A DNA stretch of 63,448 nucleotides, counting the filler, from Octopus bimaculoides (lineage: Eukaryota): NCBI RefSeq assembly GCF_001194135.2. It is 5 parts of 5 records of this genome, joined end to end, with 100 filler letters (N's around TTAATTAATTAA, not from the genome) between each part and the next. Parts side by side here need not be neighbours in the genome. Positions count along the whole stretch, not along the records: positions 1 to 28,365 come from NC_068982.1; positions 28,466 to 54,055 come from NC_068990.1; 3 more parts are not named here. One strand, written 5' to 3'. Both the position numbers and the translations under genes were made by a program. Below the pieces are notes generated by a model that saw only the letters and a program-made list of their open reading frames with translations, searched no databases and was not told the DNA's origin. Position 1 is the stretch's first letter. Every line of letters begins with the position of its first letter. Below are positions 24,616 through 37,100 of the stretch, one piece after another.

Positions 24616-25163
24616 CGTTGTTCTTAGATGAAGGATTTAACCATTCTATCAACTGACAAAACAGGGCTTCATTGAATAAAGTATAGTTTGTAAACAGGAA
24701 AACATACTTTTGTTAGACTTAGAATATAGGAAGTGATGGTTTCAGTGCTGGCTGGCTATAGCCTTAAATACAGATGTTGTTGTTCTAGTTGTCATTAGTG
24801 GCGGTGGTGGTGGCAGTAGTAATAGTAGTAGTAGTAGTAACAGCAGTAATACAGTAGTTGTATGTTCTTTAGCTCCAGGTCAACTGAGTAGAACTATGGT
24901 CAAAAGAATATCAACCATGACCATCCAAACATTTTAGGAGTATTCAAGATTATATTATTCAGTGTGTTCTTTCCTTTCCCCCAAAGCAGTGGAGTACAGT
25001 GTAAGTCAATGTGGCTATTGTTTCAAGCAAGTCAAGCAAGCATGTGGAGCTACTTCCGTTGGCTCATAATAGTAATATTGATAATGTCAAGTACAGTGAC
25101 AGAAATGGATTTAATGCTATTTGTGATGGTAGGAGGTAGTATTTTGGAACAGTATGTTGTTGT

Positions 25164-25800
25164 TTAACTCCTTGCTCTGATTGATTAGAGTAGTTCTATG
25201 ATCAAAAGCAACTCTAACTGTGACCATCACATCTGTTTTTATGTATGTCCTTTACCAAGTAACCTCTTAACATTCAGATTAGTGTCAAGTGTAATGTTTA
25301 TTTATTCACAGCTTTGAATTAATCACGGCTTATCTCATAACACTGAATCTTCAACGATGTGATAATATATTTTTAGAATGACATTGCAGAGCATTTGCAG
25401 GTAGACCAGACCTGGCTGGTTTGAATATAAAGCAAGTAGAATGTTTGGGCTGGATATGGTCAATTTAAATGCTAATGGGTTAACCCCTTGTCTGATTGAT
25501 TAGAGTAGATTTATGATCAAAAGCAATTTTAACTTTGACCCTCACATCTGTTTTTATGTATACCCTTTATCACATAACCCTTTAACATTCAGATTAGTGC
25601 CAAGTGTAATTCTTTTTTATTCACTGCTTTGAATTAATCATGGTTTATCGCTTAGTGTTGAGGCTTCAACTTGAATTAATCCTGGATTATCATATAGTGT
25701 TTGAGACTTCAATGATGTAATAGTATATTTGTGAGAGGCTAGATCTGGCTGGTTTGAACATAAAACAGGTAGAAGATTTGGGCCAATTATGGCCAGTTTA
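25164..25800. repeat. ~316-bp direct tandem duplication containing a TTAA-type MITE
   Basis: Units start at 25164 and 25480; each has aaccc/tttaacattcagatt...aaatgctaatgggttaa. Confidence 0.75.
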
Positions 25801-26860
25801 TTATTTTTAGCAAGTTGAATGACCAAAACACTGGTGTTGTTGTTTAGCTTCAGGTTCACCTTGATCTTTCAAACCCATGAGCAAAATCATACCAGCTGTA
25901 GCCATCCCATTTTTTTTATTTTGCACAGGGAATCCAAGACTATTATTCAACATACTCTGTTTTTCTTTTCTTTTTTTTTCTATAAAAATAGGAAGGCTTG
26001 ATTTGAACGAGATTCAATGGCTATTTCTATTATTTCTAATAACCATGTAAAGGCTACCTTACTGGCTTGCAATGGTGATGGTAACAGTATATAATGGTGT
26101 GAAAATATTGCTGGTGTCATGGAGTTTTAATTTTTTTTCAATTCAAAGAAAATGGCCAGTAGACATAGCACTTTCTAGTTTGGCAAGAATGATATATCTG
26201 AAGTTCAGTGTTGAAAGAGAGAGTGGAATGTGAAGATTGTGGTTATATGAAGTGACAGAGGGGATAGTTTATTACAATGCTATTGGCGTTATTTTTTAGC
26301 CCCAGGTCAACCTTAATAGAGCAGGCCTATGATCAAAAGCATTGTAGTCATAACCGTCCCATTTTTTTGTATAACAGGGATCACATTATCCAATGTAGCC
26401 CTTATTTTTTTAAGATGTTGCAAATTGATTGTTTGCTATTTCTAGCAGCTTGGATGATTGTGTAGGAGTTTCTCTTGGTGGCTTGATTTAGTACAATATG
26501 TATTGTATAGTTGAAGTATAGTGTGGCACACAAGAAGAGAAAAAGTGGGTGGGTTGTGAGACCATTGAGTGAGTGGGATACAGTTTCCTATTTGAGGAGA
26601 ATTAAGGCAATTGTAGTAAGATTAGGAGGGAGAAAAAGAGAAAGAGAGAGCAGGGGAGGAAGGACTAAAATGTATGTATGTATGTATGTGTGTGCATATG
26701 ATCTTATGTGTATTGTAATGGCAATGTATGAACAATACCATGGAGTGGTCCATAGCTGTCCTCTTATCTCCAGACAAGCTTGTCCTTTTCCTTAGTGACA
26801 TGTTACTTTTGAAAATTCTTGATTCTTGAAATTAACTCCCTTCCTCATATAACTTTGATA

Positions 26861-27565
26861 TTAACCCATTAATTGCCAAATTTTTTTATTCATATTTTTT
26901 GGCTTTGCCAGGTGTCTTAGGAGTTAAAATAATATAGAGTATTTAAATATATAGTATTTTCTTCATATGTGAATTATTTTGGAAATTATGATAAATTCTT
27001 CGAAAAGTCCCAAATGGGGATCACTGAAAAAAAGCATATTTATCCTTCTCTATTCAATTGCAGTAATAAACATTTTAGTTTTTTTGAAACTAATAGTATC
27101 AAATGCAAATGTGTATGAAATATCAATGAATGATATAGATGGGAAATGCAAAAAAAAAAAAAAAAAAAAAANNNNNNNNNNNNNNNNNNNNNNNNNNNNN
27201 NNNNNNNNNNNNNNNNNNNNNNNNNNNNNNNNNNNNNNNNNNNNNNNNNNNNNNNNNNNNNNNNNNNNNNNNNNNNNNNNNNNNNNNNNNNNNNNNNNNN
27301 NNNNNNNNNNNNNNNNNNAAAAAAAAAAAAAAACTTTTCAAAACAGTCAATATTTTTGTAGTTCAGAAATTGTGATTTATGACATAAAATGTTGTCTAGA
27401 ATTAACCAGAGCTTATAATGACAAACTTTAACTACTAAATATTGTTAAACACACCTCTGCAAATGCAATGTAGATAAGCAATTCACTTTAAATACAACAA
27501 ACAACTGGCAGTGAGACTGTTTTTAGCAGATTCCCAAATGGGGCTCATGAGAGGCAATGGGTTAA
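26861..27565. mobile_element. piggyBac-like non-autonomous element (gap inside)
   Basis: TTAA-cccatt...aatggg-TTAA termini. Confidence 0.45.
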
Positions 27566-28449
27566 TTACCATTTGGCAATTATGACACATCAATAAATCA
27601 GGAATTTATGTTGTATGGTACTTCATATAACTGTATTTGTCTATATTGTTTAAATACATGCCACTGAGTTATATCTCTTAGCTGATTTTTATCTACATTA
27701 TAAAGTCTGAACCTGTTTAGCCCATTTCTGGTCATGAAGAGAAAACCTAAGCAATTGGAATAAAGTTTTGGTAATGCTACAAATATGTGGCTGCAATGAA
27801 AGACCTTGCAGAAATGCGATGCCTACCTAGTTTTTGTAAAGGTTTAAGCGTTGTTCATCACTAGTTAGGACACAGTGTCATGTTTCTTTGATATGTAATT
27901 GTGCAATTGTTTCGGTGCTGTTGATTGAAGCAGAGAAAATATCAGATATGTATTGTAATTGAAATGGTGTTGGTAGTTGCAGTAAAAAGGAGTGTCACTG
28001 AAGGAATGATGGTGATGATGATGATAATGATGATAAAGATCTGGCTAGCTGGATAACGGCAGTTGTGGTAGAGACGATAATGGTAACGATAGCAGTATAG
28101 TGGTGTATGATGATGATGATCATAACGGAACTGGTGGGAGTTATGGAATGACATTGTGATGTTGGGTGTGGAAGTGATGATAGTAACGGTGAGGGTGGTG
28201 CATGCAAAGGTGCTGAAAGGGTTACCGGAAGTGAAATGGTACTAATAGAATGGCAATGATTGTTAAGTTCCTGGTAAAACTAAAAGGTTCTATTTTACTT
28301 GTTGCACACACACACACACATATATATACAGACGCGTAGACTCAGATACAAATATTCACATGTACNNNNNNNNNNNNNNNNNNNNNNNNNNNNNNNNNNN
28401 NNNNNNNNNTTAATTAATTAANNNNNNNNNNNNNNNNNNNNNNNNNNNN

Positions 28450-28850
28450 NNNNNNNNNNNNNNNNAAAGATATTTGCTGGCTTGTTTTGCAAAAATATCT
28501 CAAAGTTGTTTTAGATTTTCCCCACAAATAATTGATGATTGGAGTAAATAGAACGATAATTCCTATGATTATCATTACACGTAGATAATTTGATCCGGTT
28601 CTAATGAGGCCCTCCCAGGAAGAAACGGTACCATGCTTAGACAAATATCAACTTGGGATATCATCAAATTTTTCTCTAATGATATCAATGGTAATGAATT
28701 AAATATATAAACCTGTAGTTTCTTGCATAATTCAATATTTGTGCCATTTAGCCTCAGAATATCTCAGCTGTAACTATTTGCATCAGAAATAAATTATACA
28801 AAGTTGATTTCTTGCATGCAGCCATATCAGATTTTCTACATTCTACCTCC
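28450..28850 (-). pseudogene. Ancient L1/Tx1-like ORF2 relic (EN-RT linker), copy 1
   Basis: Homologous to 29280-30150 and 33120-33540; WEGLIRTGSNYL resembles G.IIRS..W; multiple stops. Confidence 0.4.
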
Positions 28851-29279
28851 ACAAATAGTTATTTGTTATTTGTCAGATTAGGTTGGATGTGGCTTCCTGA
28901 TTCTCTTGACCTCTGTAGGTCAACGGTTCTCAGCCATTTTTTACCTATGGACCACTATGAATTCCTTTCTCACTTGAATGGATCCTCATAATCATTTGAT
29001 ATTTAAAAAAAATTTTTCATTTTTGTATTTCTTTTATTGTTTTATACTTTTACTTGTTTCAGTCATTTGACTGTTGCCATGCTGGAGCACCACCTTTAGT
29101 CAAGCAAATCGACCCCAGGAGTTATTCTTTGTAAGCCTACTACTTATTCTATCAGTCTCTTTTGCTGAACCACTAAATTACAGGGACGTAAACACACCAG
29201 CATTGACTGAGGGGAACACAATAAGGTTGAAACACTCGTGTCTCAAAGTCCCCTTCCACTGGTCAACTGGTGAGTAGAG

Positions 29280-30150
29280 TGTTATGAACACACATCATCT
29301 AAAGAGAAGGTGCATTCTCCAACGATGGGCGAACAACATTAATCAGATATTCACATTTAAATCTGCCAGAACATATCAAAGATGAATAGATGCATTATTG
29401 TTAGCACTTAACTTCCTAAATAGTAAAACCTGCAGTGATGAGGAGGCTGTAAACGGAGAAGAATTCTATTAAGATGAACCTATGCATACCATAATCAGTT
29501 TTCGGCAGAAGATTTACTGTTTATATATCATAAACGAACAGAAATCAATTTATTTGCTGCCTTGCTAGAAAACAACTTTAAGAGGTTTTAAATATTTCCA
29601 CAAATAATCGACACACTGAACTATAATTCCTATGATTATCGTTATGTGCGGATGATTTGATGTGAATATAACAAGGCCCACCCACTGCCCAGATGCGAGA
29701 AGAGGTACCGATTGTAATAAATATCAGCATGGGAAATCTTCATTTTTCTCCTAATGATGTCAATGGCATGAATTAAATATATAAACTTTGTTGTTGTTGT
29801 TGTTCCTTGTATAATTCAATATTTATGGCTTGTTCCAGCTGCAAGTATTTGCTTTGGAAATAAATGATAGAAAGATGGTTTGTTACATTGAAACAATGCC
29901 AGATCGTTTGTAAATGTTACTTGATTGAATTATCATCAGTACTGAGATACAGTTGGACTGGTGAAAGACCCTATAGGTGGACAGAGTAATTGCTAGAGAT
30001 GGGAACCAAAACCCCTTCACATCACTCACAACAAAAACGAAGTATAATTTGGATAATGTACTCCATGGTACACTGTATCTGAAAACAGATGGGATGATCA
30101 CTTCTGGAATATGGAATGCATCTGATCATAGTTGTGTGACATGGATAATA
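29280..30150 (-). pseudogene. Ancient L1/Tx1-like ORF2 relic, copy 2
   Basis: Order of motifs SDHP, KGFW, IWH.F, then SLENAPS fits the APE end, linker and RT start of an L1-type ORF2; frameshifts and stops. Confidence 0.45.
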
Positions 30151-30227
30151 TATAACAGGAATGACAATTAGAAAATTACTATTTGTAAATCTCACAACGA
30201 GAGATATTCAGCAACAGTACTTTAGAG

Positions 30228-30419
30228 TAAAGATTATTTGCCAACATAACATGGCAGTCCTAGTTTAGGACTGGGTGGGGTGCTAGATTCCCTTGTTCAA
30301 AAATATAAGGACACAGATTGTGTCGTATAGCCAGCTGGAGACGATGTTTCCTGGAGCTAAATTACAGCAACATTCGTCCTAAACCAGGATTGCCATGTTA
30401 TGTTGACAAATAATCTTTA
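30228..30419. mobile_element. Short element with 44-bp inverted ends, related to the 45.7k HHR element tail
   Basis: Arms 30228-30271 and 30376-30419 (3 mismatches); interior ataaggacacag..tgtgtc...ttcct.g.gctaaat shared with 45700-45815. Confidence 0.7.
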
Positions 30420-30556
30420 ATCCAGCAATGACAATAACTATGATTACTCTTAGCAATGACACACTACTTTCCTTTACCCTTCATGATACATTATGACTAA
30501 TCAGGGATCAGCTCATTGCTGATAATCTTAATCACGACCTTTATGTTGTGTCGCTT

Positions 30557-30735
30557 CAGGAGTGGCTGTGTGGTAAGTAGCTTGCTTACCAACCACATGG
30601 TTCCGGGTTCAGTCCCACTGCGTGGTACCTTAGGCAAGTGTCTTCTGCTATAGCCTCAGGCTGACCAAAGCCATGTGAGTGGATTTGGTAGGCGGAAACT
30701 GAAAGACCCGTCATATATATACATATATATATGTG

Positions 30736-30772
<37 letters not shown>

Positions 30773-31026
30773 ATGTGTGTGTGTTTGTGTGTGTGTTTGT
30801 GTGTGTGTTTGTTTGTGTGTATTTGTCCCCCCAACTTCGCTTGACAACTGATTCTGGTTTGTTTACATCCCTGTAACTTAGCAGTTCGGCAAAAAAGACT
30901 GATACAATAAGTGCTAGGCTAACAAAGAATAAGTCTTGGGGTCGATTTGTTTGACTAAGGGCGGTGCTCCAACATGGACACAGTCAAATGACTGAAGCAA
31001 ATAAAAGAATAAAAGAATGAAAGAAT
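30557..31026 (+). mobile_element. Full-length CORE-like SINE
   Basis: Homology to 17461-17890. Confidence 0.9.
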
Positions 31027-31219
31027 ATCGTGGGAGGTGACTTAGGACAGGAGTGTTCCAAACAAGTAAGACCTGTTTTGTTGTCCCCTTTTGTCAGTTT
31101 TGAAAACTTGATACACATTTCCGTAATCACTGCTTCATCCAATGGAAAAGTTGTGACTTGATACAACAGCAAAATCTTTGGGAAAACAAGAACAACAACA
31201 CTGCTTTCTGTCCTTTCAG

Positions 31220-31255
31220 GTGAACCATTCATGGATAAAACTTTTAGGCAAGGAG
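31220..31255 (+). CDS. Candidate 36-nt exon of an unidentified gene
   Basis: Acceptor tgctttctgtcctttcag, donor GAG|gtattg; two open frames (VNHSWIKLLGKE or GEPFMDKTFRQG). Confidence 0.3.
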
Positions 31256-31679
31256 GTATTGTTCTCAGTCATGTATGCCTACCATTTAGATCTTTTTTTT
31301 TTATGTCATAAATGTTCATTGTCTCTCTGGTGCTAGCAACACTACTGAAATAATTGCCCGTGTTTCTGAGTCTCTATCAAAATAACATGCTTGCCCATGA
31401 AAATTGGGTTACGTTTGCCATTTGACAAAATATGTGTGGCCACATGTATTTTGCGGTTAACAGTAGCATTTAAATGTTTAAACTGACAATTTTGAATTCG
31501 AAGATCTCAATATGTATTTTGAATACAATGATTGAGACTTGACTTGGCATTATATTTGTTCTCATTTCATTTATTTATTTATTTATTTTTCCATCTTTTA
31601 AGGATGCATCCCTTTGCTTGGAACAATTTCCAGAAAATAAAATTATATCCAAAATTGAAAAACCATTTTTTTCCCCTTG

Positions 31680-31872
31680 ATACTAGCTTCAAAGTTTGGC
31701 ACAGCACCAGAATGGGGCTAAGTCAATTAGATCAACCCCAGGGTTCAACCAGCACTTATTTTGTTGACCCTAAAAGGATGAAAGGCAAAGTCAACCTTGG
31801 TGAAATTTGAACAAAAACGGATGAGATTCTACTAAGCATTTTGCCCAAAGTACTAACAATTCTGTCAGCTTA
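31680..31872 (-). mobile_element. tRNA-derived SINE (family of 62744-62957), degenerate
   Basis: gaccctaaaaggatgaaaggcaaagtcaacc. Confidence 0.65.
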
Positions 31873-32341
31873 AATCCCTCCCCTAATATTGGTAAATGTT
31901 AAACAGGGTCCCTAAAATTTCTTTTTAGAAAATTGTCCAAAAGAAAACAAAAAAGCCTCTAATATGGACCTTGTGATAGAAATGGTTATCAATTCTCCCT
32001 ATTTTGTTTGTGTAAATGCTTTAAAACTAATAAACTTATAATTTAATAATGAAGTCATTGTGTTTCTGGTTTTGCTTTGGAACTTTTTTGTTTGTGTTTT
32101 TTTCATAATTAAAAGAACCTGTGAAAGTATTTCTTTAAACTCACCCAAAACTTATCAAGATTGATATCAGCAGACAATGATTAGCTTTCAATGAATGCTT
32201 TAGTTTCTAAACAGCATTGCATAACAGAAGAGAAGGTTGTTTTCTGGTTTGCTTGGAAACATCGCTGAGAGATTTGAAAATCTTTCCATGAATAATCAAT
32301 TAATGGAATGACTGGAACAATGAACATGTTGATATAACTTT

Positions 32342-32412
32342 AGTCCTGTTGCCTAATGAATAAGGTATCAACCATTAGAGCTGAAGATTATGGGTTCAAG
32401 TCTCATCAGGGT
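32342..32412 (+). pseudogene. tRNA-like pseudogene or SINE head (Arg-like)
   Basis: ttgcctaatgaataagg D-loop-like, gggttcaagtc T-loop; anticodon arm broken. Confidence 0.35.
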
Positions 32413-32424
32413 GGTAGCTTTTAT

Positions 32425-32830
32425 GTGCAGGTGTGGCAGTGAGGTAAAAAGCTTGCTTCCCAAACCACACAATTCTGAGTTCAGTCACCACCATGTAACA
32501 CCTTGGGCAAGTGTCCTCTGCTATTGCTTTGGGCTGACCAAAGTCTTGTGAGTCGATTTGGTAGACGGAAACTGAAAGAAGCCTGTTGTATAAATATATG
32601 TATGTCTACGTATGTGTGTCTTTGTGTCTATGTTTGTCCTCTACCACTGCTTGACAACCGGTGTTGATGTGTTTTCATCCCCACAACTTAGCTGTTTGGC
32701 AAAAGAAACTAACAGTACAGGTACTTGGTTTAAAATGAAAATAAGGGCTGGGCTTGACCCATTTGGCTGTAAATTCATCAAGGCAGTGCCCCAGTATGGT
32801 CACATTCTAATGACTGAAGCAATGATAAAA
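32425..32830 (+). mobile_element. Diverged CORE-like SINE
   Basis: Homology to 17461-17890. Confidence 0.75.
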
Positions 32831-32977
32831 AAGAAGAAAAATGATAATCTGATGTGAATACAATAAGTGATATAAATACCTCCCATATTTCACATGGTCA
32901 TCAGTGGAGTGCTAAGGAAGTTAGGCAGATGGTAAGAAAGTCTTCATGTAGCTAACGTTTTACTGTTTCCCTTTCAG

Positions 32978-33081
32978 TTACCACATGTACAGCATGCATT
33001 TACTGGTGAAACTTTTGAGAACATGTGGAATGTGGAAGAATTTTTGCTGCACCCTGTATAACGAGGCCACAAGAAGAATAG
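32978..33081 (+). CDS. Candidate 104-nt exon of an unidentified gene
   Basis: Branch point gctaac at 32951, acceptor tttccctttcag, donor TAG|gtataag; open as YHMYSMHLLVKLLRTCGMWKNFCCTLYNEATRRI, or terminal as LPHVQHAFTGETFENMWNVEEFLLHPV*. Confidence 0.4.
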
Positions 33082-33119
33082 GTATAAGAGATAGAAAGAT
33101 CTGCTTGTGAAATAATCAT

Positions 33120-33540
33120 ATTTCCACTTACAATGTCAGTAGTGTGAAATATATGAGTAAATGAATTAAATATATAATTCTCTTGTTTCTTCTATAATTC
33201 AATAGTCTTTGTTTCCTTGCCTCAGTGTATTTGAGCTCCAAGTATTTGCATTGGAAATAAATTATAGAAAGATGATTCCTTGCATTGAAACGATGCCATA
33301 TATTGGTAAAGAAGGGATTTAGTTGATTGAATTGCCATCCATACATAATGAGTGGTACACAATGGATTTGATGATAAAGCCCTCTCAGTGATCTCTTAAA
33401 TTGCTAGAAATAACAACCAGAATTCTCTTTTGAAGATTATAGTGTATCTAGATTACGTTGCTACTTTGGGCAGCATGATCTAGATATACTGTATCTAAAA
33501 AGAGTTAGGATGGTCACTACTGGAATACACTTGATGATAG
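33120..33540 (-). pseudogene. Ancient L1/Tx1-like ORF2 relic, copy 3
   Basis: IWHRFNARNHLSIIYFQCKYL vs IWHCFNVTNHLSIIYFQSKYL in copy 2; SDHP upstream. Confidence 0.45.
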
Positions 33541-33580
33541 TCACAATAATCTTGCTCTCTCTTCACTAATGTAGAGCATC

Positions 33581-33616
<36 letters not shown>

Positions 33617-33902
33617 AGCAAGAATCACTGCACATTTTACCAATCTTGAATATTTAAAAAAACGTTGATTTCACAGAGATTGGAACACAAAACATAATGG
33701 CATGTTGTTGTTAAATATCATCAAAGGACGTTCCTTTCATGACCATTCCATTGTTTCATAGCTTTGCACTCTTTAATTTTGGGACTGATTGGGTTTTAAC
33801 CAATACTCCATTAGCCAGACTTACTAAATTAACCAAGTTATGTTCCTCTTTTCTATGTTTCTGTAGCAAACACTTCAACATAATGGCAACTACACTTAGT
33901 AT

Positions 33903-34560
33903 CATAATCATCATCATCATTGTTTAACATCCGTTTTCCATGCTGGCATAGGTTGGACGGTTTGACTGGGGTCTGGGAAGCCAGGAGGCTGCACCAGGCC
34001 CCAATCTGATCTGGCAGTGCTTCTACAGCTGGATACCCTTCCAAACGCCAATCACTCTGAGAGCATAGTGGGTGTTTTTTTATGTGCCACAGGCACAGGG
34101 GCCAGATGAGCTGGCATCGACCACAATCGGATGGTGCTTTTTACATGCCACTGGCCTGGAAGCCAGTCAAAGTGGCACTGGCATCGGCCATGTTCAGATG
34201 ATGCTTTTTACATGCTACCAGCACAGGGCTCACAACTACAATTTCTATTTGATTTGATATTGCTGTTGATGTTGATGTACTTGACTCAATAGGTCTCCTC
34301 AAGCATGGCATGTCATCCTACGATCCAAGGTACTTTTTTAAGTGGGCTGGTTATGCGACACTGGTGTTGGTTACAGGTGTGGACTCACTTTATTTGCCGG
34401 GTCTTCTCAATCACAGCATACCTCCATAGGTCTCGGTCTTTTGTCATTGCTTCTGTGAGGCCCAACGTTTTATGGTCATGCTTCATCACCTTATTCCATG
34501 TCTTCCCATGTCTTCATTTTATGAAGTCAACATTTGCCCCCCTCCCATCATCATTTAACA
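33903..34560 (-). mobile_element. RTE LINE 3' fragment
   Basis: GKTWNKVMKHDHKTLGLTEAMTKDRDLWRYAV then 3' UTR and GAT tail. Confidence 0.85.
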
Positions 34561-35699
34561 TCCATGGTTAATGCTGGTATGGGTTGGACAATTTGAAGGG
34601 ATCCGATGAACCCAAGGACTGCATCATCTGCTTTGACATAGTTTCAATGACTAGATGTCCTTCTTAATGTCAGCCTCAAGAATAAATATTTTGATGTCAT
34701 GTGACTAACAAAAGAGACTTGATTTAATATTCCAGTAATTGAAGTTTACTTCAGCTGTTTTAAATGCAGCTGTACTTTGGGGACAAGCCCTGTAACAGCA
34801 CGTTGCTGTGCCTATTATTCGTTGGTGATTCCCTACCACTCCGGGTGGATGACACCTTTGCATCTCTCAGGTGACAACCTTCCAACTCACGGGTCTGTTT
34901 GGGTCGTCATTGTTGGTTAGGATTTTATGAAGTTAGGGTGCAAATCCTACTTCAACCTCTTTTAATCACCTTTAACCACAAGCAGAGGGAAAGCTGGATC
35001 TCTTATTTGACATGCTGGTCTCCTCACAGCATTAGAGAAACATGAAATGAAGCATTTTGCTCAAGACTGCAACACACCACCCAATCCAGAAATTGAATCC
35101 ATGATCTGGCAATCACGAGTGCAATACTCTAAGCACTAGACCACACGTCTTTGCATGGACCACATGTAATTAGGTTTTTCATATTGATGATAAACTATAG
35201 CTAAATTTAAATTATTTCTATTGAATAATGTTTTGTAACAGTTATGAAAGGGGAAATATTTTAAGTTTGGGAAATATTTTACTGTATTAGGTTTATAGAT
35301 TTATCTTTCAAAGAGGAGAAAGTGAAAAAGATAATATTACTCCATGTTATGCATTTAGTGAGTTGAAAATATAAGGGGTTTAATAAATATTGTGCTTCAA
35401 CACAGCAGCTTCTCATATTTTATTGTAGAAAGGTGTAGTTTGTCAAAGACATCCTCATGAGATGACACAGACATTCTTCTGCTGTTATTATTGAGTAGAC
35501 TTTTGAAAGCTGTGGCCAGGTTATATATTGATATATAAAGCTTTTGCTAGGTCTATTAAACATCATGTATATCTCATTGGTAAGGTTAAGAATAAAATCT
35601 GAGAAATATCAATATGGAAAATATATGATACTCAAGCTAGTAATAATTATATTTTTCAACCTGAAAATTTATCCTTTCTAAGGTTGTCTAATGTATGGT

Positions 35700-36200
35700 C
35701 ATTGCTATGTTGCTGCTGTGTTCCCATCCTGTCATCACCATTTAATCTTATCCATGCTGTGATAAACGCAAAAGTTTACCTAGAATATACAGAATGATGA
35801 AGTGACATATTTCTGCATGCTCAAAAGATACCATGTTGATATCGAATGAACTTGTAGGATCCCGTTCTTTGTTTATTCCAGGCAGGAATTTTAGCATGCA
35901 TAATAATATTTATCTAGATATCAACATTAATGCTAATATCGTTGCAAATAACATGGGCTTGTTCAGTATTGATTTTGAGATAAAATTCTACAATAAGGTA
36001 AATTTTAATTTATTTTCTAATATTTTTAAAACAGCTAATGATACAACTATCATTAACTGTTTTAAAAATATTGTTCCATAGAAAATATTGTTTCATTGGA
36101 GGAGGTTTGTTACCTCAGTAAAATAACCATTGATGTCATGTACGAGGTTTCTGCTGATCAAACGAAGATTTCTTTCGATAGGATTAATTAAACTTCCTTT
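35700..36200 (-). pseudogene. Possible APE endonuclease relic of an L1-type LINE
   Basis: Degenerate VICNDISI (GDFN-like), LAVLKILENKLKF and YKFIRYQHG in expected order; many stops. Confidence 0.3.
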
Positions 36201-36444
36201 TCGTTTAGAAGTGAAATTTTAATTGTGGTCTATAAGTGCATTATATGTTACATGTTTGGTTTAATGTTCTAAATTTTGTCCTGTTATGTTTACAAACTAT
36301 CATTTTGTTTCATAATTTAAAAGCCTCACTGACAATAATTACATACATGTTTATCCCTTATATGCATGTGATAAATAAAGAAGGGCTTTTTGTCTTGAAA
36401 TCGTAAACCACATTGGCTAAAGTTCCACCCCCAGCTGAAGAGAT

Positions 36445-36650
36445 TGACCCTGTTGGTGCTGGGGTCATGTAAAAGTACCCAGTACATTCTATACAATCGA
36501 TAGTATTAGGAAGGGCATCCATCCATAGAAACCAAGCCAAAACACGTGACTAGAACTTGGTGCAGTTCTCCAGCTTGCCAGTACCTGTCAAACCGTCCAA
36601 CCCATGCCAACACAGAAAATGGATAGTAGACGATGATGATAATGATGATA
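36445..36650 (+). mobile_element. RTE-derived 3' repeat
   Basis: Homology to 1-190. Confidence 0.75.
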
Positions 36651-36653
36651 CTG

Positions 36654-36695
<42 letters not shown>

Positions 36696-36987
36696 TTATG
36701 TTTGACTTTTGCTTTGCATTTGTACAAGTTGGCTCCAAGTCTCACCCAGAGACCTCAAGAGACAACAAGTTACACGTTCATGTTGGTGTTGTGCCTAGGA
36801 TGTCATATATTTGGTTTTGTACATAGTGTTGTTCTATAGAAGGTTTAAGAAAACAGAAGAAAATTATAAGTTTGTTTTAAAATTTGAGATTACATAGACA
36901 TTATTTATGTAGGATATGGGCAGTTTCCATGAGCAATATCTTTTGAATTTCTGCCATTTTGGGGTTTCCTGGTATCTGAGCTAGGTA

Positions 36988-37008
36988 TTATTAATATCAT
37001 CATCATCA

Positions 37009-37081
<73 letters not shown>

Positions 37082-37100
37082 CATCATTATTATTATTATT
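36988..37100 (+). repeat. (CAT)n/(ATT)n microsatellite
   Basis: Trinucleotide run. Confidence 0.95.

Noticed and set aside
28410-28421. TTAATTAATTAA palindrome, also at 54100, 56942 and 61640
   Set aside because: Always embedded in N runs; an assembly spacer with stops in all six frames, not biology
33230-33310. Plus-strand IIER.FLALKR read as a Harbinger transposase motif
   Set aside because: Differences between paralogous copies are all non-synonymous in that frame; the minus frame is better supported
34790-34990. Possible HDV-like ribozyme in an RTE-like 5' region
   Set aside because: I could not build the nested double pseudoknot by eye
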